Of a stretch of DNA of 64,000 nt, positions 24,868-37,236 are shown in pieces. The notes beneath the pieces are model-generated. The model did no database searches. It was given only the letters and a program-made list of their open reading frames with translations, and was not told the DNA's origin. This DNA is from Puccinia triticina (Eukaryota): positions 3,224,001 to 3,288,000 of the forward strand of contig CP110440.1 in assembly GCA_026914245.1 (NCBI GenBank), read 5' to 3'. The translations under genes were made by a program, and so were the position numbers. Position 1 is the stretch's first letter, and each line of letters starts with the position of its first letter.

Positions 24868-25849
24868 ATAGCAAACACCTTCTCAAATTATCAAGCAATG
24901 AGGCTCATACTTTCCGGTGTTTTGCTCTATAATTATGTCAAGAGGTATTATTTCCGACCTTCAAAGGAGATCACTCATATATTCAAATTCAATAAAAAGG
25001 TACAAAAACTCATGGGGATTGAACTTTCAGAACCCATAAGGTATCCAATATTGTACAATGAAGCAGGGCCTCAAAATGAAGTGGCTATTCCAAGTTTCCT
25101 TTATGAGAATTTCCCGGAAATAAAGTGGAAAAGGGTAACAAGTATCAAAACTGGAGAGCATGATATAGTCCAGACAGGCATTTTTGTATTAGTAAGTATG
25201 AAATTTGTAGTATGAAGATGACCAACATATACTTATCAATCCAATGGCACATGTAGATACACAGGCCCAAAAAATATCCAATTGTTGGATCTGTGATTTC
25301 AATGTGGCAAGCAGAACATTCATCAATTACCTTTTTTGTAGAAGTCCACTCTTACAAATCATCTGGAGTCCATTCTTTTTATCAAATGCGGGAATACCAG
25401 GCCACAAATACATATCTCTATGTCAGAGCTGTGGTGAGTCAACCAATTTGTGTGGCTTTCAAATCACATATATATTCTACAAATCTGACCAAGAATTTGT
25501 GTGAAAGGATGTAATTTGTTGTCTCAATTTCCAACATAACTGCAATGACGCCGGGTGCCAGGTAGTTCATGAGAAAACAGACAGAGTAGGTAGGCAAGAA
25601 GGCCAAACCTCCAAGTATAATGTCAAGCATGACCACAGCCAAAATCATAGCTATATACTTAATTCATGTTCATTAAGATCAATGATATACCACAGGAATG
25701 AATCCAGGTTGTCATTTCCACAAGTTAAAGCAGATGAATGGGAAGATGCCACCAGAAGAGGCATGGAAACATGGAACAATAAACCTTATCAGCCAAACAC
25801 AAACACCAAAAACCCAGCCCAAAAAAAGGGGAACCCCTTGTTAAATGAA

Positions 25850-28800
25850 GGGGCAGCCTAAATGCACTCCAAGAATTTACTACATGTACTCCAAATGTGA
25901 GTGCATGGAACATGCACTCCCACATTTGTTGGAGTATAGTCCAGCGTACTCCAAGAAATAGTGAGTGATATATCCAACACTCCATTTTCTTTGGAGTGTG
26001 CTACCAGGCACTCCAAAGTCCACAAAAAACATTGAGTGCACAGATGGTGCACTCACTTAGCTTTGAGTGCAACAAATCTGCACGCCATTTCTGATTTCAT
26101 GTCCCCCCAAAAAGGGAGTGTGATACACAGCACTCCATTTATGTATGGAGTGCCAGCACATGAACTCCAAATAAGTGTGGTTTTTTTTGGATAAGCTCCC
26201 AAGTCCATGTGTTCATCCCTCAGTTCTCAGCCTTGTCCCTGAAGACAACCAGAAACTCCGTACTCCATCTGAAAGTCTCCATAAACACCAAAGTCAGAAT
26301 GTCTAATCCACACAACCAACAATCCGTCAACTCAACCAAAAAAACCTCATCACATGGCAGCACTCCACCAACAACCAGTGGCATAGCTGAGAACTCCAGC
26401 ATTGGAGCTCCGATTACCACCGGCGTGACCGTTAGTCCAGGGGTTTGGGCACAAATGCAGACCCTCCTCGCTTTGCTTCCAATCCAACAAACAGCACCAC
26501 CTTCTTTGTATTCCGCAGCTCAATCAGGTGCTCAAAATCAGAATTTGATAACGTCGGACCAATCTTTGGGGACTTTTTTGTCAAAACCTGGCTTTGACTA
26601 CGATCAAGGTGAAGAAAGCACTCCAGCTTCTGACCAAGAGAAAGAATCTCCTGATGCCAAAGCCGATCAACCAAACAAGTCAAGCCCCGATCCAGTCAAT
26701 CAATTCCTAGAGAACGATCCAGCTTCTGGCCTCAGAGAAGGCATTTCCGCTGATTCCCAAGCCGACAAACCAAACAAGTCAGGCTCCAATCATCCAGTCA
26801 CTCAAGCTGTTGTCGTCAAAGATCCGCAAGATACGATGAACACCTGCGACTTTAATAGCTTTGATTTTAAACGTGGAGGTAAGATCAACAGATTTTTTAA
26901 TCTATTTTATTTTCCAATCTGATATTTTACCTCTTTTTTCCATCTAGAGCCTTTGGATCCACCCCCGTCCGCTTGCTTTGCCTCAATGGATGATGTTGTC
27001 CGATTCTGTCAAACATGGGCAAAATGGCACGGCTATGCAGTTTCCAAATCAAACTCTCATCCTGGCAAGAACGTTTATATCAAGTGTGACCGTTCAGGTC
27101 ATTTCCGTGGCTCGGTTATCAACAAGTCTGGCCGAAAAACCACCTCAAGCAAGATCAACTGTCCGTTTCACCTGAAAGCCTCGATTCCCACCAGCAAAAA
27201 AGTTGCCAACAAGGTTTGGACCCTTGAAGTCCTCAATGGCACACACAATCACGAACCATCCAAAGGAGCTTCAAGTCATTCTGCGCATAAACGACTCATA
27301 CCAGAGCAGGTCGAAGAGATCCGAAAGCTTTCACAAGCTAATCTTAAACCAGCTCAAATTTTGTTACAGCTTTGTACCTCCGATAATGAAACGTATGCGA
27401 CTAACAAGACAGTCAGCAACGTTCTCCAGAAGCTTCGTCGGGAGGAATTAGACGGCCGGGACCCTATACAAGCTCTTTTGGCCATCCTGAAGGAATCTAA
27501 TTGGGCTCATGACGTCAAGGTCAACTCTAGCGGCAAGGTTCTAAATCTTTTCTTTGCGCACCCAGGATCGATTCACCTGGCACGCATCAACCATCACATT
27601 GCTCTCCTGGATTCAACTTACAAGACAAACCGCTACGATCTGCCTTTGCTACACGTGATTGGCCAGACAGCAACCAACCGTTCTTTCTCGATTGGTTTCT
27701 GTTTTATGGCTTTTGAGGACAATGAAAACTATCTCTGGGCCACGAATACTTTGAAAAAGCTTGTCTGGCGACCTCAGCGCATACCCAAGGTGTTCATAAC
27801 TGATAGAGAATCTGCTTTACAAAAAGCGTTACACGCAGTCTTCCCTGATTCTCAAGCTAACCTGTGCACGTGGCACATCAACAAGAACATTACAACACAC
27901 TGTAAGAAGTATTTCCCCGCTCCAAAATCCACAGAAGCTTCTAAAAAGAAGAAAGATCACTGTCAAAGCCCTAGTGATATCATCGATCCAAACGATCCAG
28001 AACCTCGTCCGAGAAAGCTCAAAGAACCGTGGGATGTTTTTATGTCACTTTGGCAGGAAGTCACCTCAGCAAAAACTGAGGAACTCTACGATCAGCGTTA
28101 TGATACACTGAAAAATTTCCTTGCAACTCGACCGGCGGTACTCAATTACCTTGAAACAAACATCATCCCACATAAGAATCTCTTCGTTGTTGCATGGGCG
28201 TGTCAATATCCGCACCTCCAAAATCTCAACACCTCAAGAGTGGAATCCAGCCACGCCTATGTCAAAACCTTCATCAAGAACTCGACTGGAGACTTGCTCA
28301 CGGTCTTCAACTCTTTATCCCATGCTGTTGACACCCAACTCAATCAAGTTCATGAATCGATTGGTCGTGATGCCGTCAAGACCCTTGTGAACGTCCCGAA
28401 GCCGTTCATACCGCTCCTTGGCAACTTATCCACATTTGCGATCAACCTCGGGATTGAACAATACAAAAGGCTTGCAGATCTTGATCCGACTGAGCCGTGC
28501 TCAAACACGGTTAACATTGGAGTCGGAGTCCCATGTCCTCACAGGATTTCGGACATACTTGAAAATGGTGATTTCTTGGCCCCGGAGGATTTCCATCCTC
28601 AGTGGAGTCTCAAATATAATCCCGAAAAAACTGTATGTATAATTATGGATTTTTAACATAGGAGCTTTGCGCTGATTCAATGAAATTTTGCTCTCAAAAC
28701 CCCCCGCAGCAGACTGATCAGACCAAAATTGATTTGGACGACAAGATCAAGAAGATTACCCTTGCACTCTCTCATGAAGACCCAAAAAACCTGGCCAAGA

Positions 28801-30464
28801 TTATCAATCAAATCAATCAAATTGTCGCTGGAACGCACATAGCGGTTCCAATTCAAGCCCCCGCGGTAAAAAAACGGACAAAGGGGAGGCCATCTTTGAA
28901 AAAAGCCCGATCTACATCGACTAAACGGAACCCTTCGACCTTTGAACTAGTCGAAGCGAGCTTAAAAAAGAAGCAATCGGAGTCCAAGAAGCGGGCCTTG
29001 AAGGCTCCAGAACGAAAGTCGAAGCGAATGAAATCAACTTGTAACATTTATAAACTGTCATCCAACGAAGGGGATTCTGCTCAGGAAGGAAGCGAAAGCA
29101 ACAACGGAGAAAGCAAAGAAGATAGCAAAGGAAGCACAGAAGAGAGCGAAGAAGGGAGCGAAGCAGACAGCAAAGAAGGCATCGAAGAAGAGAGCAGCAA
29201 GACTGAACCTGAGGAAACTGAGAATGATCAGAGCCAATTGGCCAATCAGTCTGGGAGAGATGGTGGAGTCTGCCCGTCTCCCGAGGTGATTTTTTTTGCT
29301 TTTTGCTCTTCGTTTGCATTTGTATGCAAGAATAGCTGATTAACATTCTCATTTTTTTCTTGGTCAGCCTTATGCTTCTCAGATCCCGCCCCAACTTCGA
29401 CAGTACATCAAATCGATCTTTGATCCATCAGGCGACAGAAATTGTGGCTTTCGATGCATTGCGAAAGCTCTCGGGTATAAAAACAATGATGGTTGGTTCC
29501 GCGTAAGGGAGGATATCTTAAAAGAGGTCGAGGCCTCCAAGGCGCTTTACTCAAAGCTACAGGGAGGCGAAACTCTAATCAAGAAGATTATTGCGGGCCT
29601 CAAGGTGGAAAGCTTAGATTCCAAGATTGATCGCGGACAATGGCTCAACAAACTTTCTCACGGACAGATGCTTGCAAATGCGTATGTCCGGCCAATTGTT
29701 TTTCTTTCTTTAAATTCCTCTACCTCATATCTCCCCCTCCGACTTGGCCCTGGCTTGGGAGATTCAGAGCCGATCTACCTGCTGCACGTTAACGGCAACC
29801 ATTGGGTCTTGGCTAATGTCGAGGGGGAGGATGGGGTGAAACCAATCCCACCTGTGATGAAGGCCATTAGGCATACTACCAAAAAGGCGAAAAACTGGTA
29901 CAATCACATTCAAAAGAGCCTGGACCTTTTTGCGAGCAAGGCGACTTGAAAGACTTTCTTTTTGTTTTTTCTTGTTTATTCTTCCTTCCTTTTGTTCTTT
30001 ATCTTTCTTTCCCCTGATTGTGTGGGTTTAAATGATGATTGAATGGATATTTGGATGTTAAAGTGTGCACTGAGTCCTGACCCTGCCCTATGGCTGGCTT
30101 TCTAAGTGTTGTAGTTTCTTGGAGTGCACTCCAAGAGTCCTTTTCAAATATTGGAGTGCACTCCAATGTACTCCAGTGAACATGTGGCAAGCTGGAGTGC
30201 ACAGCCAGGCCTTCCTGGTGAGAAGTTGGAGTGCAAGCCTGTGCACTCCATTTTTTATTGAGTGCATCGAGCCTCACTCCAAAAAATATGTTGTTTTTGG
30301 AGTGGCGGTTTCAGTACTCCATTAAAATTGGAGTGCCAGGATGGGCACTCCAAACAATTGGAGTGAAATATCCCAGTACTCCAAGATTTTTGGACTGCCA
30401 CCTCTACACAGCCAAAAAAATGGAGTGCACGTAGTAAATTCTTGGAGTGCATTTAGGCTGCCCC
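25850..30464 (+). mobile_element. Autonomous-type Mutator-like element (MULE), 4.6 kb
   Basis: TIR GGGGCAGCCTAAATGCACTCCAAGAATTTACTAC and its inverse; flanking duplication TAAATGAA; TIR family shared with 9397-21429. Confidence 0.93.
26299..29949 (+). CDS. MULE transposase (FAR1-like N-terminus, DDE core) with C-terminal OTU-like domain; about 4 exons
   Basis: LDSTYKTNRY, FITDRE, CTWHINKN, TSRVESSH; exons about 26299-26878, 26948-28632, 28710-29286, 29368-29949; DPSGDRNCGFRCIA...HVNGNHW. Confidence 0.9.
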
Positions 30465-30918
30465 TAAATGAACAGGTCCCTCAGACAACCTCAAAAACAC
30501 CCTCCCAAAAAGATGTGACGTCTCTCATAAGTCATCAGAATTTTCAACCTCAGACGAACACATCTTATTCAGTAGCAGCCCCTCAAACCAAACAATTTGT
30601 TCAGAATCCTAGTAAATCACAGATAAAGATTAATACCAGTATTCAAGGGCTCCAAGCTCCCCCCGCGCCACTCATTCACAGTGGGCATGATTCACATTAT
30701 CCAGGTAGTCAGATGCAGCACAGCTTACTAGGAAACTACTCTCAAAATGCACCACTCCAAACTCAAAAAAGAATGGGTGCAAGCATTCCAAATTCTCCTG
30801 GTTTTAATGAATCATATTCTCCCCAAACAATTATGCAGCATTATCAAAATGCACCACTCCACACTCAAAAAAGAATGAGCGCAAGCATTGAAGATTCTCC
30901 TGGTTTAAATGGATCATA

Positions 30919-31346
30919 TATTGAGGCTTATAGAGCCGGGCATACTCTCATGCGCCGTGCTGCGGACTTAGACCAGTTAGGTTTGAACCTAGATGATGAT
31001 ACTCGGCAACCCTAAGTGATTATGTAGTGATTCCCCTACCTAGATTGTAGTTGTTTTCATTCATTCTCATTTTCATCACATTCATCATCCAACTCATTCA
31101 AACATCCCATTCACTCGGTCTTAGGTGTGCTTCCACCTCGCTCGTGTCCGCGCCCCCGTGTCATCCCACTCACAGCCATTGCTGCTATAGGTGTGCTTCC
31201 ACCTCGCTCGTGTCCGCGCCCCCATGTCATCCCACTCACAGCCATTGCTGCTATAGGTGTGCTTCCACCTCGCTCGTGTCCGCGCCCCCATGTCATCCCA
31301 CTCACAGCCATTGCTGCTATAGGTTTCTCCTCCTTGTCGCCCATTA
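30919..31346. mobile_element. 428-bp solo-LTR-like insertion with non-canonical TA...TA ends and a 3 x 66-bp tandem repeat
   Basis: TSD TCATA; TATTG...CATTA ends; removal restores host frame GSYSPQSIM; repeat at about 31122-31323. Confidence 0.75.
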
Positions 31347-32637
31347 TCATATTCCCCCCAATCAATTATGCATATGCAGTGTATCCCTTCAAACTTAGCC
31401 ACACAGTACAGCCAATCAGAAACTGCTAAGAGAAGAAAAAGCATTTCTGATTCAGTATCTGTGTTGAATCCAATATCCATCAACCATCATTCTTTGTACA
31501 ATCCATTACGTGGTCCAATCTCCAAGTCCATTGACCCCAGACTATCAGAGGTATTAACACCCAAAAATTTCTCAAATCAGCTAGTTAAAGGAGAGGAAGC
31601 AAACCAAGGAAATAATAAAATATTCAATTCCTCAACATCAACACCCAAGACTTTCTCAAGTCATAGAACACTGTCAGACTCTTTTGATTTAGGACCAAAA
31701 CCTCATCCACCTGATATGAGAGATGACTACATATGTGAAATTCCAACCCCAATCCAGCCGTGGGTGAAACAAATTTTTAATGTTAAAGGAGATGGGCACT
31801 GTGGATTCAGGTCTGTAGCATTCCTTTTGGGAAGAGGAGAAGAAGACTATATGAACATGCGGCATGAGCTATCAGAAGAGTTGAAGAACAGGAGAGTCTT
31901 CTACCAAAAAGCCAACCCTTTCTACACTGTTGAAGAACATTTAAAGATTTTGAATGTGCCGTCTCCTGAACCATGTGGAGTGGAATATTGGATGACAATG
32001 CCAGGAATGGGAAAAATTATTTCAAATACATATCAGACCCCAGTTTGTTTTTATTCGCCATAGGAAAGTACATCATTTTTCCCGGACTTTGTTCTACCAA
32101 ATGACAATCAGCCAATTACATTTGCTTTGATTCCATCAAAGGCACATTTTGTTGCTATCACATTTGTAGATAAGGATCATTTACTAGTCCCAACACCAGC
32201 TGGATATGTGGGAGAGACAATTTCAGAAGCACAATTAGCCTGGCGGCAAAAATATCAACACTACATGGCTAAGCACACCCTAGTGTGCAAAGATGGGGGA
32301 GCTTTTGAAAAGACCATCAACACTGTGAAGAAGGAATATGATAGAGTGGTGGCAAAACGTGAATTTTTACATGGTAGAGTGGTAGAACAACGTGAATATT
32401 TGAAAAAATTGCAGAAAAAGAAATGAATGAAATGCCTGATACAGTAAGCAATCAAGACTGCGTAGTTGATTTCTTAGTTAGTCTTATTGTTTGATCTATA
32501 ATTATCAAATAGGAGCAGAGTAGCCTAATAAGATAACCAAACAGTTGACAGGTGTTTTCATGAAAAAGTATATGATTGTTTTGAGAAAATATGATGTGAA
32601 TCTTATAATAACAATGTTTGGAGTCCATCTGCCACAT

Positions 32638-32728
32638 CAGTTCAGAGTGCCTCCTCCCCAGCTTAGAGTGCCTCCTCCCCAGCTTAGAGTGCCTTTGCCA
32701 CAGCTTAGAGTGCCTCTGCCACAGCTTA
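32638..32728. repeat. 21-bp minisatellite, about 4 copies
   Basis: CAGCTTAGAGTGCCTCCTCCC units. Confidence 0.85.
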
Positions 32729-32773
32729 AATTTGACCTCAATTGGACACTCACTAGCAGTTTTAATTCAATTA

Positions 32774-32970
32774 GGGTGTTCAAAGTTGACTTGCATAAAA
32801 TCATAACACCATAAAATCATAAAATTCTAAGCTGAAAAAAATATGTTGCACCCAAGCACTCAAATTAGAGCAACATTTCTAGAATGGTACATATGAAATC
32901 ATCACTTGAAAGTTTTATAATTTTATGATTTTATGCATTGAAAATTTTATGATTTCAACTTTGAACACCC
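32774..32970. mobile_element. 197-bp Tourist/Harbinger-type MITE
   Basis: TIR GGGTGTTCAAAGTTGA...TCAACTTTGAACACCC, TSD TTA. Confidence 0.9.
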
Positions 32971-33131
32971 TTAATATACATAAATATATATATTACTGAG
33001 TAGTTGAAATAGAGACACAAGTAATCTAAGAGCCATTGTAGAGTGAAAAACAAGTTTCCATTCATTGGTTTATCATTACATGGAGTAGTAGATAGAAAGG
33101 AGAAAAGTGGAAAATAAAAGCTTTGAAACAA

Positions 33132-33875
33132 CTAATTTGAGCGGCGGGGTCTTGGTGTCGGTGGAGGAGGATAGTTGGGTGTTTGGGCCCGCTTTCTGAG
33201 GGCGCTGTTTGAATCCCAGGAACTTGGGGGACCATCCAACAACACAACATCAGGGAAAACAGGATGTCTCTGTTGAAACTCTGTCTTCTGTTTCCTACTC
33301 ACTCCAAAATCCCATACATATAACACTTTCTCCCTCTTGATGATACTTGACATTATAGCCTGTTTACATCTCAGTTATGTATGTCTGACCGACGTCTTGT
33401 AGTCATGAGCCCTGACATTATTGGCTTATCAACTCTCAGAGTGTAACTTGTCTTCCTGCGTGTGTTTTTATTCATTATGGTGCTGTTTTTTATTCATAAC
33501 CTTCTTTCATCTCACCCACATTTTGACCACATGTACTTAGTCTACTTATACCGTACTATCTACATGTGAATCAAACTCATTGGTTCTCCTCCATCTTTTT
33601 CCGCGTCCCAAACTGAGCCGCATCTGGTGAGAGATTCATCCTCACTGCCCTTCCCTCTCTCGCGCCACGGAGCTCACTCTTTTTTGCTCTTTCGGTTTCC
33701 GCGGAGTAGTTGTTTCTTCAACAGTCTCGCCTGTCCTTCTGTGGGCGCGGGGGATTCCTGTAAGCTCGGCGGACCATCCAATAACACAATTGAGGGAGTC
33801 TGGTGAGCTGAGTTGGAATCCCAGGAACTTGGTGGTCCATCCAACATCACCACATTGGGCAACACAAGTTGCTTA
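33132..33875 (-). pseudogene. 3' part of a repeat-peptide ORF (3 x V-[LM]-LDGPPS), split by a solo LTR
   Basis: ORFs 33674-33931 and 33132-33353 join in frame (EGQAR|HPVFPD) after LTR removal. Confidence 0.55.
33271..33723. mobile_element. Solo LTR (453 bp)
   Basis: TGTTGAA...TTCAACA, TSD GTCTC. Confidence 0.92.
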
Positions 33876-34210
33876 GGCGACGAGGAGATCCCGTCGTTGT
33901 CTCTTGTCGTCTCCACCGGCGATGCCCCCATTGCCGTGGTTTCCTCGTTGTTCAGAACGACGTGAAATCCACGGCTGCCCCTGTGCTCGTGGGCTCCACC
34001 GCGATCCCGCAGGTGGCCGTGGAATCCTCGTCATTCTTGACGTGGAAATCCCAGGCGGGTGGAGACGACGGGAAAGCTCGTCGTCTCCACGCATTTTCCA
34101 CAGGAGGGTGGAGACAACGGGGGGAGCAGTGAAATCCACGTGGATTTCACAGAGCCGGTGATCCCGTCATCTCCACAAACGCGCGGGCCAGGAAGCACCC
34201 CCGCCGTGTA

Positions 34211-34306
34211 CATAAAATCATAAACTGCAATTTTGGCTGGGAGATGTCATTTTAAGTTTTATGCAAGCTGACATCTCCCAGCCAAGATTGGTTTTATAAT
34301 TTTATG
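34211..34306. mobile_element. 96-bp foldback micro-MITE
   Basis: About 39-bp arms CATAAAAT..TTGGCTGGGAGATGTCA and inverse; TA on both flanks. Confidence 0.75.
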
Positions 34307-34555
34307 TAAATAGTGACATATGCAATTTTGAATACCATAATACTCACTTTTGGCGTGCTCCTCTGCTCCAAAGAATAATGGATCTGAAGCTGCCCTTAGA
34401 CTAGTTTATTTGAGAGAACAACTTTCTGCCGTTGAGATTTCCTTCTACCTGTCTATCTATCACAAACTTGAAACAAGAGACAACAATCCAAAAAAAATTA
34501 CAAAAAAAGAGTACTGGAAGAGAAAGGATCCGATTAGATCAAAAACAAGAGGAAA

Positions 34556-35407
34556 TTAAGCAGGATTCAAGGAGGAAGTGCGGAAGATGACGCGTTTGTC
34601 GCGTTCGCCTGAGATCGAGATAAGGCCCTCCTCGACGAGAGCTTTGAGGACGTCGGAGAACTCGGCGGGGTCGATAGGGATCGAGGACTGGTTCGCGAGC
34701 AGCTCGAGGAGCACGGGCCAACGCACACCACGCGCCGTTTGGGCTTGGGCAGCGTCGAGAAGCTTCAGGATTTCGCGCTTCCAGTCTTCCATTAACTTCC
34801 GCTGGTGCAAGCCTTGTCCGGTTTGTAAGAGATCGAGATCTGGTAGAGCATTAAAACCAGAGATGCAGATCAGTAAAGAATGGAGCAGGGATCTGGGGAA
34901 ATGGGGCAAGAGTTTGTTTACCAATCAAGCCGGTGATCAGATCAGTGGCACTTTCTTTGAGCGCCTCCCTGATGAGCCGGTTAGCCTCCTCGACATCCTC
35001 GACGTCGACGGTCTGACTGAAGCGCATCCTTGCATGGGCTTCGCCGAGTCGGACCATGCTCTCAAGCTGACGGGTGGTCGCGGTGATCCGCCGCTCGCTC
35101 GTCCGACTGTCTTCACCCGCTTTACGCATCGTCACATATGCTCGCACTAATGCGTCGCATGCCTCTTCCGTTAACACCGGATGGATGTGGTTCCGTGCAA
35201 ACGAAATGTAGGCCGTTAAGGTTTGCACAGGCTTAACCCCAACAAAAAAAAAAAATCGTCGTCTCAACAAAACAGACCATTTGACGTTTGGTAAAAATGG
35301 ATGCGGATGGGTCACATACCAGAATGTCTAAGCCGCCCGTCTCTGGACGGTCTTCGAGATAGAGGGCGACGAGATGTTTGGCGAGCTTGCGATCGGAAGC
35401 CTTGTCT
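34556..35407 (-). pseudogene. MCM4: 5'-truncated MCM4 (replication licensing factor) 3' fragment, 3 exons
   Basis: DRKLAKHLVALY, YISFARNHIHP, ITATTRQLESMVRLGEAHARMRFS, ATDLITGLIDLDLL; introns 35232-35319 and 34840-34921; no upstream AAA+ core in the window. Confidence 0.88.
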
Positions 35408-36654
35408 TGATATAAGCTACATGCCATGCAAAACTGCCGAGGAAATTTCAACTGAAGTCCAAAAACATCCCCCTAAACATTTATTTCACAGTCCATAGAG
35501 TTAAAAGCAAAAAAAATGTAACTTTCTAATAAGTCAGTAAGATTTAACACCTCTGATTTATCTCTAATACTGCGTATTTATTTTGTCCAAATAAAATCCC
35601 ATACACACAGACACAAAAAATTGAGATAATAGACATCCAAAAAATATTTATATTGCTAACAACTTACTCATTCCATCATTTAAATCAAAGTCTGTTCATT
35701 TCTATTTGGATTATTTTATTTCCTATCTGTGCCAAAAGCATCTGGAAAACCAGACATAAATCAGGATTTTTATTTCATAAAGAAATATCCAAATGGAGGA
35801 AATAGCAGGTAAGGGCTTATTGGCTTGTTGTTATGAGGATTGGCTCTGATTCTTTGATTTGTCTCTATGGACCGGCAGGATTCACAAGGTTTGTAGATTC
35901 TCATGGGGAGGCAAGTTACCAATGTCATTACTGTCATGGCCGTAGAATGAAATCTGTCACACAGCACTTGAACTCAGCTGCACACCTGAATGCTGTCAGG
36001 CAGAATGTTCTTTTGAGCCAATTTCATCTCAGGTATGGAGGCCCTGACACGCCAATAATGCCAAAACAAATAAAAAACAAAAAAACAAATTTTTGAAAAT
36101 GATAAATCCATTTTTGAATGAATCCAAGTGCCAAATTTGCCATACAGGTACAAAAACAGCCTGTAATATTCTGATCCCTCCCCAACTTCCAATGGTTTCA
36201 GCAGTGTATTGCGTATGGAAGGCCCCCTACCCAGACATGTATGATATATCACAATCATTAGTTGTGGCTGGCCATCATACATATACAAACTCTCTTGTAT
36301 TGCAGTATCATATATAACCCCTGTGGACGATGTTAATCCTCCCCAGAATTCATTAGAGCACCGATAAATCCAACACTGGTGTCGCTTTGGGTGTCGCCGA
36401 CCCGGAGGCTCACCGGGCCGGCTGCTCAGTTCAGCAAAAAAAAAAGAGGAGATTGGAGTTGAGGAAGCTCACATACCTCAGATAGAGCCAGCCCTGGGAC
36501 ATTTGGCTTGGCAGTCCAAGAGGCCGACAAACAACTTGAGTCTGGCGAGCAGACTCCCCTGGGAAGATTCGAGAAGCGAGCCCGCTTTTGAAACAAACAA
36601 GGGCTTGTGGGAGCATGCTAGGGCGGGTTGAAACGCCACCAGGGCGAACCTCTG

Positions 36655-36984
36655 TGTAAGAGGCCGCTACAGAGGGGCGGGGCTCTTCACTGGGGCAGGA
36701 CTCAGGGACACAGAGGCAGGGCCTCGAGCGGTTTCTAGAACCGCGGCAGGATGAATTGCTGACTCGGGAGAGATGTCAAGACGATCTCTGCGTTAGTCTA
36801 GATACATGATATAAGGGGAGAGGGAAGAAGAGGTAGGAAGGGACTGAGCTTACCTGACTCGGGAGAGATGTCAAGACGATCTCTGCCGAGTCAGGAGGGG
36901 CGGGGGAAGAGCGAGACTATAAGCGGGATCAATATTTGGGATCCTGTGATCCTGCTTGTGACACCTCCGAAGGGGGGGGTTACA
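36655..36984. mobile_element. Solo LTR (330 bp) inside IS3EU
   Basis: TGTAA...TTACA, TSD CTCTG; internal duplicated CTGACTCGGGAGAGATGTCAAGACGATCTCTGC. Confidence 0.88.
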
Positions 36985-37236
36985 CTCTGGCCCACTGGGA
37001 GAGCTCTTTGCCCACGGTCAGTACACCACTCGAGCACATTTTCCCCCGCTGCGTGCTTATTGCTGATCCGTTCAATCTGGCGTCCCAGGTTGCAATGCGT
37101 TAAACACTACTGTACCATTGTCAAATCCACCTGAAGAAGCATACAACCAGCAAGATAATCCCAACCAATCTACTCTGTCATTGATTTTACGCTTCATACA
37201 TTCCGTCATCCCTTGCTGCAACCACTAATCAGTACC

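Larger units (their letters stand above)
7815..32426 (+). pseudogene. CMC/EnSpm(CACTA)-like DDE transposase with C-terminal OTU-like protease domain, split by nested insertions
   Basis: Motifs LYADDTSGNCSKQWNKH (about 21580), GDSPMHAEMTSTP|MPANANSPCRMC, PVEILHVLQLG, KFHMLLHLPESVRRFGP..EKFESYN..GRDIA|NTFSNYQ; frame restored on removing each exonic insertion plus one TSD; VKGDGHCGFR (about 31790) and AHF (about 32145); premature stops such as 32061. Confidence 0.8.

Noticed and set aside
31051..31483. Cys-rich secreted-looking repeat ORF (MFSFILIF...CHPTHSHCCYRC)
   Set aside because: Begins at a TTG and is the translation of a 66-bp tandem repeat inside a TSD-flanked insertion, open in several frames.
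34578..35150. 190-aa plus-strand ORF
   Set aside because: Shadow frame antisense to MCM4 exons.
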